Source: Cyanobacteria bacterium P01_F01_bin.150 (lineage in GTDB: Bacteria; Cyanobacteriota; Cyanobacteriia; CAKZMO01). Taken from it: 64,000 bases of DNA. How positions within the stretch are numbered: position 1 is the stretch's first letter; each line of letters opens with the position of its first letter. The stretch is taken from assembly GCA_039189765.1 (NCBI GenBank), contig JBCCYL010000001.1, forward strand, positions 125,020-189,019, written 5' to 3'. Positions 20,202 through 28,471 of the stretch are shown in pieces. A program made the translations under genes and the position numbers. The notes beneath the pieces are model-generated. The model was given only the letters and a program-made list of their open reading frames with translations, did no database searches and was not told the DNA's origin.

Positions 20202-23200
20202 ATGACAATAATTAATCTGAGCGCAAGTCCTACAACCCTAATTGAAGACCAGGGGACGCGAGTTACCTTTCAAATCTCTTTGAGTGAGGCACCTCCTACT
20301 AATGGTTTACAGGTTAACTTTGGGACAGGTAAGGACAGAGGATTAGCGGACTTTTTGGTACTTCCTGCGGATGGTGCAGTATATGACGGAGCTTTCCCAG
20401 TTGCGTCTTTTCCCGATTTAAGTGGGGTTACTCTTCTGATTACCTCACAAAATCCGACTATTTCATTCAACATTTTTGATGATGCTGATCTTCCGGCTGA
20501 TGATCCAAATGCAACCGTCAATGATGATGTTGGAGAAGAGCAGACTACCTTCTCTATTTTGCCTGGTGATGGCTACACCGTTGGTGATAATGGCTCCGTA
20601 ACGCTAACGCTTCTAGATACGGAAGGTGCTGAAGGCGGTGAAGGTGCTGAAGGCGGTGAAGGTGCTGAAGGCGGTGAAGGTGCTGAAGGCGGTGAAGGTG
20701 CTGAAGGCGGTGAAGGTGCTGAAGGCGGCGAAGGTGCTGAAGGCGGCGAAGGTGCTGAAGGCGGTGAAGGTGCTGAAGGCGGTGAAGGTGCTGAAGGCGG
20801 CGAAGGTGCTGAAGGCGGCGAAGGTGCTGAAGGCGGTGAAGGCGGTGAAGGTGCTGAAGGCGGTGAAGGTGCTGAAGGCGGTGAAGGTGCTGAAGGCGGC
20901 GACGTCACCGTTAGCTTTAGTACGACCTCTGGTACCCTCAGCGAAGTCGATGGCCCTGCACTGGTACTCAACTTCAGTGTGGATGGCGAAATCCCTGAAG
21001 GTGGCATCACAGTCAACCTGGAAGGAGATACTGCCGAGATTCTCCAGCAGTTCTTGGCTCCAGATGGCGATGGTGCAGTCCAAACTCGAGTTACCGAAGA
21101 AGGCACTACCCTTTATCGCTTTGACACGTCGTTTGTCCCTGGCGCGGGAATTGAAGGCGGAACACTGGATGTGTTCTCCCTGGAAGATGGCGACCCAGCA
21201 GAAGACAACTCTAACCCAGCAGCAGCAGGGACTGGCTTCTTAAGCAACTTTAGCTTCACCATCACCGAATCGACAGCTAGTATTACCTTGCCAGTGTCTG
21301 ATGACATTGTCCAAGAGGCGGACCAAACTTTCAGCTACACACTTGTAGCAGGGGATGGTTACACCGTAGACCCAACTCAAAACTCAGGTACATTCACCGT
21401 AACGGATGGGGTCACTCCTGCCACATCCCCAACCGTTGGTGTTGTAGTTAGTGAAACCAACCTAGTCGAAGAAGAGCAAACCAGAACAACGCTTACCTTC
21501 ACCACAGCGGGAGACATCCCTGCTGAAGGACTGTTGGTTCAGTTGCAAGGACCAACCAGGGCCGTCGCTGAATTTGACGTTAATGGCACGAATAATACCC
21601 AGCCTCGTTTGCCGGAAGATGAATTAGAGGTAACTGGTCCGGTTGTCACCGGCGGTAATATCGCTGGTACCGATGAAGTAGCCGGTTCGGTATTCTTCCG
21701 AATTGCAGAACCCACAGCATCTATAGATATCGCTGTCTTTGATGATGATGTGATTGAAGGCACTGAAAATCTGACCTTCACCCTAGTTGATGGCGAAGCC
21801 TATGAAGTTGACTCTGCGGCCAGCTCCATTGCAGTGACTATTACTGATAGTGATGGTTTTGAAGGTTACCAGCCTGGTGATGCAGCTAGATTAGTAACTC
21901 CCCCTGCTCCTGCTCCAACCAATCCTGGAGAACAAGCTAATGCTGACTTTGTAGATCAGCTTGAAGGTGAGGAACTTCTTGACGAACTACAAGACGGTGG
22001 TTATGTAATCTACTTCCGTCATGCCATGACCGAGCGCGACTTCGCGGATCAAGTCACAGCAGATGTTAACGATTTTTCCACTCAGAGGGTACTGAGTGAG
22101 TTTGGTATACAACAATCCCTCGCTATCGGTGAAGGTTTTGAACTAGCTGAAATTCCTGTTGGCTCTGTAACCACTAGTGATTATGGCCGTGCTGTTAAGA
22201 CTGCTGCGATCGCATTTGGTGAGTACCAGAAAGACTCTGCGCTGAACTTCCTGCCATTTGAAGACTACACCGATGCACAAATCGAAGAGATGCGGGCTAA
22301 TGTACTGCCTTTCTTGACTACAGAACCAGAAGCTGGAGAAAACAGCGTCATCGTTGGTCACGATGATCTCTTTGAGGCTGGAACGGGCATTTATCCTGAT
22401 CCACAGGGTATTGCTTATATTCTTGACCCAGACGGTATGGGTGGTTTCGAAATTGTTGCTAACCTACTGCCTGAGGAATGGGTTGAGCTAGCTGAAGGCG
22501 GCGAAGGTGCTGAAGGTGGCGAAGGTGCTGAAGGTGGCGAAGGTGCTGAAGGTGGCGAAGGTGCTGAAGGTGGCGAAGGTGCTGAAGGCGGCGAAGGTGC
22601 TGAAGGCGGCGAAGGTGCTGAAGGCGGCGAAGGTGCTGAAGGTGGCGAAGGTGCTGAAGGTGGCGAAGGTGCTGAAGGTGGCGAAGGTGCTGAAGGTGGC
22701 GAAGGTGCTGAAGGTGGCGAAGGTGCTGAAGGTGGCGAAGGTGCTGAAGGCGGCGAAGGTGCTGAAGGCGGTGAAGGTGCTGAAGGCGGTGAAGGTGCTG
22801 AAGGCGGCGAAGGTGCTGAAGGTGGCGAAGGTGCTGAAGGCGGCGAAGGTGCTGAAGGCGGCGAAGGTGCTGAAGGCGGCGAAGGTGCTGAAGGCGGTGA
22901 AGGTGCTGAAGGCGGTGAAGGTGCTGAAGGCGGCGAAGGTGCTGAAGGCATCACCGTAGACATTAGCAGCAGTCCAAATGTTTTAGTTGAGGAAGATGGC
23001 ACAAACCTAACTGTATCCTTTGAACTAAGTGAAGCGGCTCCAGCGGGTGGTCTACGGGTGTTCGTGGATAGCGATATTCCAGGAATCGTCAGCCGATTGA
23101 ATCTACCTTTCTTTGCCTTTAACCCTCAGGTGGAGAATGTCGATCCGTCATCCTTCGTCACATCCTTTGATAACTCTGGATTTGCCCTCACTATTGATGA

Positions 23201-26200
23201 AGGATCAACTGGAGCATCTTTTACTATTCCAGTCTTCGATAATGCTGAGCCTGCTGATATAGCCCCTGAAGTGTTCGATGGGCTAGTTGAAGCTACGTTC
23301 ACGCTGCAAACAGAGGTCAGCACTGAAGATCAGACTGATGTTGGTACTCTAGGTGATTACAGTGTTGGCGATGGAGTAACAGCCGTTGTTTTCGCAGACA
23401 CAGCTAGTCAGCTTGAAGGCGCTGAAGGCGGTGAAGGTGCTGAAGGCGGTGAAGGTGCTGAAGGCGGTGAAGGTGCTGAAGGCGGTGAAGGCGGTGAAGG
23501 TGCTGAAGGCGGTGAAGGTGCTGAAGGCGGCGAAGGTGCTGAAGGCGGCGAAGGTGCTGAAGGCGGCGAAGGTGCTGAAGGCGGCGAAGGTGCTGAAGGC
23601 GGCGACGTCACCGTTAGCTTTAGTACTACCTCTGGTACCCTCAGCGAAGTAGATGGTCCCGCACTGGTATTGAACTTCAGTGTGGATGGCGAAATCCCTG
23701 AAGATGGCGTTACAGTCAACATAGAAGGGGATACTGTAGAGATTCTTCAACAGTTCTTGGCTCCAGATGGCGATGGTGCAGTGCAAACTCGGGTTACCGA
23801 TCAGGGCACTACCCTTTATCGTTTTGACACTTCCTTCGGTCCTGATGCGGGACTTGAAGGTGGAACGCTGGATGTATTCTCCCTGGAAGATGGCGACCCA
23901 GCGGAAGACAACTCCGACCCAGCGGCAGCCGGAACAGGTTTCTTGAGCAACTTTAGCTTCACCATCACCGAATCGACAGCTAGCATTACCTTGCCAGTGT
24001 CTGATGATATTGTTCAAGAGGCAGACCAGACCTTTAGCTACACACTTGTAGAAGGGGATGGTTACACCGTAGACCCAACTCAAAACTCAGGTACATTCAC
24101 CGTCACCGATGGAGTCACTCCTGCTACATCACCAACCGTTGGTGTTACAGTCAGTGAAGCCAACCTAGTCGAAAACGAGCAAACCAGAACAACACTTACC
24201 TTCACTACTGAGGGGGATATCCCTGCTGAAGGGCTGCTGGTTCAGCTACAAGGATCGGCCAGAGCCGTTGCTGAGTTTGACGTGAATGGCACGAATAATA
24301 CCCAACCTCGTTTGCCGGAAGATGAGTTAGAGGTAACAGGTCCTATTGTCACAGGCGGTAACATTGCTGGTACCGATGAGGTAGCCGGTTCGGTATTCTT
24401 CCGAATTACAGAACCTACAGCAACCATAGATATCGCTGTCTTCGATGATATTGTGGCTGAAGGCACTGAGAACTTGACCTTCAACCTAGTTGATGGCGAA
24501 GCCTATGAGGTTGACTCTGCAGCTAGCTCCATTGATGTGACTATCGTTGATGACAACGGCGACCTTGACGACGTCACCGTTAGCTTTAGCACCACTTCTG
24601 GCATCCTTAGTGAAGTCGATGGCCCTGCCTTGGTGCTGAACTTCAGTGTGGATGGCGAAATCCCTGACGGTGGTGTCACAGTCAACCTGGAAGGGGACAC
24701 TGCAGAAATTCTGCAGCAGTTCTTGGCTCCGGATGGCGATGGTGCGGTTCAAACTCGGGTTACCGATGAAGGCACTACCCTTTATCGCTTTGATACCTCC
24801 TTTGGCCCTGATGCGGGACTTGTAGGTGGAACACTGGACGTATTCTCCCTAGAAGATGGTGACCCAGCGGAAGACAACTCTGATCCAGCGGCAGCCGGAA
24901 CAGGCTTCTTGAGCAACTTTAGCTTCACTATCACTGAGGCAACAGCCAGCATTACCTTGCCAGTGTCGGATGACATTGTTCAAGAGGCGGACCAAACCTT
25001 TAGCTACACACTCGTAGCAGGGGATGGTTACATCGTAGACCCAACTCAAAATTCAGGGACATTCACCGTCACTGATGGGGTCACTCCTGCCACATCGCCA
25101 ACCGTCGGTGTTGCAATCAGTGAAACCAACTTAGTTGAAGACGAGCAAACCAGAACAACGATTACCTTCACCACAGAAGGAGACATCCCTGCCGAAGGAC
25201 TGTTGGTTCAGCTGCAGGGTTCTGCCAGAGCCATCGCTGAGTTTGATGTGAATGGCACAAATAACACCCAGCCTCGTTTGCCAGAAGGCGAATTAGAGGT
25301 AACGGGTCCTGTTGTCACAGGCGGTAATATCGCTGGTACTGACGAAGTAGCCGGTTCAGTGTTCTTCCGAATTACAGAATCTACAGCATCAATAGACGTC
25401 GCTGTCTTTGATGATGATGTGGAAGAAGGCACTGAGAATCTGACCTTTACACTAGTGGATGGTGAAGCCTATGAGGTTGACTCTGCGGCCAGCTCCATTG
25501 CAGTGACTATCGAGGATGGTGATAGCTTTGAGGGTTACCAGCCTGGTGACGCTGCTAGATTAGTCACTCCTCCTGCTCCTGCTCCAACAAATGAGGGAGA
25601 GCAAGCTAATGCTGACTTTGTCGATGTATTAGAAGGTGAAGAACTCCTGGATGAGCTACAAGACGGTGGGTACGTAATCTACTTCCGTCATGCCATGACA
25701 GAGCGCGACTTCGCGGATCAGGTCACAGCAAATGTCGATGACTTCTCTACTCAAAGGGTTGTCAGTGAATTCGGAGTCCAGCAATCCCTGGCCATTGGCG
25801 AAGGATTTGAGGCAGCCGAGATTCCCGTTGGTTCTGTAACCACCAGTGACTATGCTCGTGCAATTGAAACTGCGGCGATCGCGTTCGGTGAGTATCAGAA
25901 GGATTCTGCACTGAACTTCCTGCCGTTTGAGGACTACACTGATGCGCAAATCGAAGAGATGCGGGCTAATGTGCTGCCTTTCTTAACGGCGGAACCAGAA
26001 GCCGGTACAAACAGCGTCATCGTTGGTCACGACGATCTCTTTGAAGCTGGAACGGGCATCTATCCTGATCCTCAGGGTATTGCTTACGTTCTTGACCCCG
26101 ATGGTGACGGTGGTTTTGAGATTGTTGCCAACCTATTGCCTGAAGAGTGGATTGAACTGGCTGAATTTGATGGAGGCGACGCTCCTGCTGACATCGACTT

Positions 26201-26669
26201 TGACGAGGTCTTGGAAGTGGGTGATGTGGTCACAGACCAATTTGAGGGTCTAACCATTTCAACGCCTAACAACGAATTTGGTGCGATGATCTTCGACAGT
26301 GCTAACCCCACAGGCGGAGACAAGGACCTCTTAGCACCTGAATTGGGCAACGTTCTGATCATCTCTGAGGATGGTGACAGTGCTGATCCGGACGACAACA
26401 TGAGAGGTGGTACGCTGAGCTTCGATTGGGATGACCTAGTCAATGTTGACAAGGTTGGTTTCCTCGATATCGAAGAGCAGGGCGGCTCTATCAAGCTGTA
26501 CGGCGTTGACGATGTCCTCATTCAGGAAATTGCTATTCCTGGTATGGGCGATAACAGCATCCAAGACGTATCCATCGGCGTATCTGGTGTATCTCGTATG
26601 GATGTCATGCTTGCCGGTAGTGGAGCATTAACTGACATCAGCTTCCTCAGCTCAACAGATGCTGCATAG
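20202..26669 (+). CDS. Giant (2155 aa) modular protein: Calx-beta-like N-terminus, three GEGAEG tandem-repeat arrays, internally triplicated ~1-kb module, two embedded histidine-phosphatase-like domains, family C-terminal domain
   Basis: Single uninterrupted ORF. The N-terminus (LIEDQGTRVTFQISLSEAPPTNGLQVNF...) resembles the gene at 343. The segment DVTVSFSTTSG(T/I)LSEVDGPALVLNFSVDGEIP... occurs 3 times. FRHAMTERD...VIVGHDDLF occurs twice. The tail is ...LAGSGALTDISFLSSTDAA*. Confidence 0.85.
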   Translation: MTIINLSASPTTLIEDQGTRVTFQISLSEAPPTNGLQVNFGTGKDRGLADFLVLPADGAVYDGAFPVASFPDLSGVTLLITSQNPTISFNIFDDADLPADDPNATVNDDVGEEQTTFSILPGDGYTVGDNGSVTLTLLDTEGAEGGEGAEGGEGAEGGEGAEGGEGAEGGEGAEGGEGAEGGEGAEGGEGAEGGEGAEGGEGAEGGEGAEGGEGGEGAEGGEGAEGGEGAEGGDVTVSFSTTSGTLSEVDGPALVLNFSVDGEIPEGGITVNLEGDTAEILQQFLAPDGDGAVQTRVTEEGTTLYRFDTSFVPGAGIEGGTLDVFSLEDGDPAEDNSNPAAAGTGFLSNFSFTITESTASITLPVSDDIVQEADQTFSYTLVAGDGYTVDPTQNSGTFTVTDGVTPATSPTVGVVVSETNLVEEEQTRTTLTFTTAGDIPAEGLLVQLQGPTRAVAEFDVNGTNNTQPRLPEDELEVTGPVVTGGNIAGTDEVAGSVFFRIAEPTASIDIAVFDDDVIEGTENLTFTLVDGEAYEVDSAASSIAVTITDSDGFEGYQPGDAARLVTPPAPAPTNPGEQANADFVDQLEGEELLDELQDGGYVIYFRHAMTERDFADQVTADVNDFSTQRVLSEFGIQQSLAIGEGFELAEIPVGSVTTSDYGRAVKTAAIAFGEYQKDSALNFLPFEDYTDAQIEEMRANVLPFLTTEPEAGENSVIVGHDDLFEAGTGIYPDPQGIAYILDPDGMGGFEIVANLLPEEWVELAEGGEGAEGGEGAEGGEGAEGGEGAEGGEGAEGGEGAEGGEGAEGGEGAEGGEGAEGGEGAEGGEGAEGGEGAEGGEGAEGGEGAEGGEGAEGGEGAEGGEGAEGGEGAEGGEGAEGGEGAEGGEGAEGGEGAEGGEGAEGGEGAEGGEGAEGITVDISSSPNVLVEEDGTNLTVSFELSEAAPAGGLRVFVDSDIPGIVSRLNLPFFAFNPQVENVDPSSFVTSFDNSGFALTIDEGSTGASFTIPVFDNAEPADIAPEVFDGLVEATFTLQTEVSTEDQTDVGTLGDYSVGDGVTAVVFADTASQLEGAEGGEGAEGGEGAEGGEGAEGGEGGEGAEGGEGAEGGEGAEGGEGAEGGEGAEGGEGAEGGDVTVSFSTTSGTLSEVDGPALVLNFSVDGEIPEDGVTVNIEGDTVEILQQFLAPDGDGAVQTRVTDQGTTLYRFDTSFGPDAGLEGGTLDVFSLEDGDPAEDNSDPAAAGTGFLSNFSFTITESTASITLPVSDDIVQEADQTFSYTLVEGDGYTVDPTQNSGTFTVTDGVTPATSPTVGVTVSEANLVENEQTRTTLTFTTEGDIPAEGLLVQLQGSARAVAEFDVNGTNNTQPRLPEDELEVTGPIVTGGNIAGTDEVAGSVFFRITEPTATIDIAVFDDIVAEGTENLTFNLVDGEAYEVDSAASSIDVTIVDDNGDLDDVTVSFSTTSGILSEVDGPALVLNFSVDGEIPDGGVTVNLEGDTAEILQQFLAPDGDGAVQTRVTDEGTTLYRFDTSFGPDAGLVGGTLDVFSLEDGDPAEDNSDPAAAGTGFLSNFSFTITEATASITLPVSDDIVQEADQTFSYTLVAGDGYIVDPTQNSGTFTVTDGVTPATSPTVGVAISETNLVEDEQTRTTITFTTEGDIPAEGLLVQLQGSARAIAEFDVNGTNNTQPRLPEGELEVTGPVVTGGNIAGTDEVAGSVFFRITESTASIDVAVFDDDVEEGTENLTFTLVDGEAYEVDSAASSIAVTIEDGDSFEGYQPGDAARLVTPPAPAPTNEGEQANADFVDVLEGEELLDELQDGGYVIYFRHAMTERDFADQVTANVDDFSTQRVVSEFGVQQSLAIGEGFEAAEIPVGSVTTSDYARAIETAAIAFGEYQKDSALNFLPFEDYTDAQIEEMRANVLPFLTAEPEAGTNSVIVGHDDLFEAGTGIYPDPQGIAYVLDPDGDGGFEIVANLLPEEWIELAEFDGGDAPADIDFDEVLEVGDVVTDQFEGLTISTPNNEFGAMIFDSANPTGGDKDLLAPELGNVLIISEDGDSADPDDNMRGGTLSFDWDDLVNVDKVGFLDIEEQGGSIKLYGVDDVLIQEIAIPGMGDNSIQDVSIGVSGVSRMDVMLAGSGALTDISFLSSTDAA
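20626..20897. repeat. Perfect 18-nt tandem repeat array encoding (GEGAEG)n, ~15 units
   Basis: GGTGAAGGTGCTGAAGGC units with synonymous GGC/GGT variation and one 9-nt half unit. The array is in frame inside the gene at 20202. Confidence 0.9.
21985..22440 (+). other. Embedded histidine phosphatase (PGAM/SixA-superfamily)-like domain, copy 1, within gene 20202
   Basis: The N-terminal catalytic-His motif reads YVIYFRHAMTERDF (RH[G/A]xT). The C-terminal His motif reads SVIVGHDDLF about 120 aa downstream, with SDYGRAVKTA in between. Confidence 0.5.
22489..22950. repeat. Perfect 18-nt tandem repeat array encoding (GEGAEG)n, ~26 units
   Basis: GGCGAAGGTGCTGAAGGT/GGC units, in frame inside the gene at 20202. 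Confidence 0.9.
23413..23610. repeat. Perfect 18-nt tandem repeat array encoding (GEGAEG)n, ~11 units
   Basis: Same unit as the arrays at 20626 and 22489, and it contains the same 9-nt half-unit irregularity as the first array. Confidence 0.9.
25655..26110 (+). other. Embedded histidine phosphatase-like domain, copy 2, within gene 20202
   Basis: Near-identical duplicate of copy 1 (YVIYFRHAMTERDF ... SVIVGHDDLF). Confidence 0.5.
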
Positions 26670-26702
26670 GATAGCTAACTAGTACCGCGTCAGCTTTATT
26701 TT

Positions 26703-26740
26703 GAGGGAAAATCCCGTAGGGATTTTCCCCTCATTTATTT
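26703..26740 (+). terminator. Rho-independent terminator downstream of gene 20202
   Basis: GAGGGAAAATCCC-GTA-GGGATTTTCCCCTC hairpin followed by ATTTATTT. Confidence 0.55.
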
Positions 26741-26957
26741 CCTGACAGAGTACTAGCATATTGCAACTATTTGCCAGTACTCTGGCTAGCTGCAATGGCT
26801 ACCAATCAGAGGGGCTGATCAACCTTCTAATATGGAGGTCTTGATCAGTCTCTTTATTTTTTTATAAAGCGATCGCCTTTTTACCTATTAAGGTGACAAA
26901 TTGAACGACACTATAATGTAGGACTATTATTTACAACCACTCTATATGTGAAGAAAT

Positions 26958-27620
26958 ATGATTGTTGAAATTCCTAATGTTTTTTCTCAAAATGAAGTAA
27001 AAGATATTGTTGATAAACTTTCTGCCTCAGAATTTATTGATGGAAAGAAAACGGCGGGTTGGAATGCTCGGGCTGTTAAGAATAATGAGCAGCTCAAAGC
27101 CAGTGATCCTGCTGCTGCTGCTCTCAAGGAGATGGTGAAAACGAAGCTCAACAAAAACTTTCGTTTTCAGTCAACGGTTCGCCCAAAGAATATCCATACT
27201 CTGCTGTTTAGTCGGTACGAAGTCGGCATGTCCTATGGGCGACATAATGACAATGCAATGATGTCGGGGAAATGGCGAACTGATGTTTCCTTCACCATCT
27301 GGCTAACTGCCCCTGAAACCTACAAGGGAGGAGACTTAGTTATTGAAGGCCCAAGTCGTGAATCATCCTATCGTTTAGCCGCAGGGTCAGCCATTACCTA
27401 TCCATCCTCAACTCTCCACCGTGTTGATCCAATTACTGAGGGAAGTCGATGGGCGATCGTAGGCTGGGTCCAGAGTTGGATAAGAGACCCGGCCCATCGC
27501 GAAATTCTATATGATTTGGATACAGCTCGTCGCTCCATTTTTGATACCCATGGCAAAAATAAAGAATTTGATTTGGTGTCTAAGAGCTTAACTAATCTAC
27601 TGCGTAGCTGGATGGAGTAA
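26958..27620 (+). CDS. PKHD-type hydroxylase, Fe(II)/2-oxoglutarate-dependent dioxygenase (YbiX/PiuC family, prolyl-4-hydroxylase-related)
   Basis: 220-aa ORF. The HxD motif reads YGRHNDNA and the distal His is in SSTLHRVDP. Overall length and layout match the ~225-aa YbiX family. Confidence 0.7.
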   Translation: MIVEIPNVFSQNEVKDIVDKLSASEFIDGKKTAGWNARAVKNNEQLKASDPAAAALKEMVKTKLNKNFRFQSTVRPKNIHTLLFSRYEVGMSYGRHNDNAMMSGKWRTDVSFTIWLTAPETYKGGDLVIEGPSRESSYRLAAGSAITYPSSTLHRVDPITEGSRWAIVGWVQSWIRDPAHREILYDLDTARRSIFDTHGKNKEFDLVSKSLTNLLRSWME

Positions 27621-27775
27621 AACTAAACCAAAACGCAACTTAATCCCTGATCCCTGAGCTTTTTATCAGCTTTGGGGTTTTTTAATATGGCCGTAAGCAC
27701 TGATGCAAAATTTGCACAAGTGATACTGCCATCTTCTTAAGGCATCGAAATCACTGAATGAGTAATATTTAGGCA

Positions 27776-27850
27776 GGTGGTGTGGGCGCGTTGGCTTGCT
27801 TACCTCCGCTTTGCCCATAGTGACCTAACCACCGCCTAAAGTTGATCCCC
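27776..27850. repeat. Conserved palindromic intergenic element, copy 1 (GGTGGTGTGGGCGCG...GCCCA...ACCACCGCCTAAAGTTGATCCCC)
   Basis: Shares the GTGTGGGCGCG/GCCCACAC stem and the 3' motif CTAAAGTTGATCCCC with the elements at 38842, 46364 and 55243. This copy has extra loop sequence. Confidence 0.5.
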
Positions 27851-28471
27851 GTTACATTAAAAGAGTGGAAACAATAGATAAGCTTCCAAGTAGATTAAGT
27901 AATATCACCAATGATCACTATAGGAAAAAAAGAGTGTTCAATCTTTATGGGCAATGTTAATATACTAACGAGCTATTGCAATATAGTCTCAATAATTTTG
28001 TCTTTAAACAGGTTTAACTATTCTGGTCATAAGCTTTCTTCTGTTGTAAGCTAAACTGAATTGCTTTTTGATTGTGCAACGCCAGAATTCAGTAATGAGA
28101 GACGAGTTCAGACGATAAAAAGAGGGTTTGAGGGTTCTCAAGTATGACGGGACAAAGATGTAAATAGTTAGTGGCCTTTATAGTCATTTGCTGTTTTAAT
28201 TTTGTCTTAATTTTATATTGCTATTGCCAGTAGCCTATCCAACGGTTTTCTAACTTAATTGATCCTTTTGGCTTTCGAGTCATGCGGAGGGATCCTGTTG
28301 TGGCTGGTGCTGCATTTGTGGCGGTGTGATAGCAAGTATGTCGTTAGTCGTGGAACAGCATTCAACGTTGAGGAAGAGTATTCTTTCTCAATTTGTTTAA
28401 TGCAATGTTCTATTTGTGATGCTCTACCCTATCTTGTGGCCAGCTAGACAATATCGGAGATAGTCCAAACT

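Noticed and set aside
20626-22950. Possible CRISPR array
   Set aside because: The repeats are contiguous 18-nt units with no intervening unique spacers, and they are in frame within a coding sequence. They are not a CRISPR array.
20573-23002. ORFs overlapping the GEGAEG arrays in other frames/strands (PSAPSP-repeat proteins 20573-21106 -, 22415-23002 -; KVLKAV-repeat proteins 20626-21243 +, 22507-22959 +)
   Set aside because: These are alternate-frame read-throughs of a perfect 18-nt tandem repeat. The in-frame giant ORF accounts for the region.
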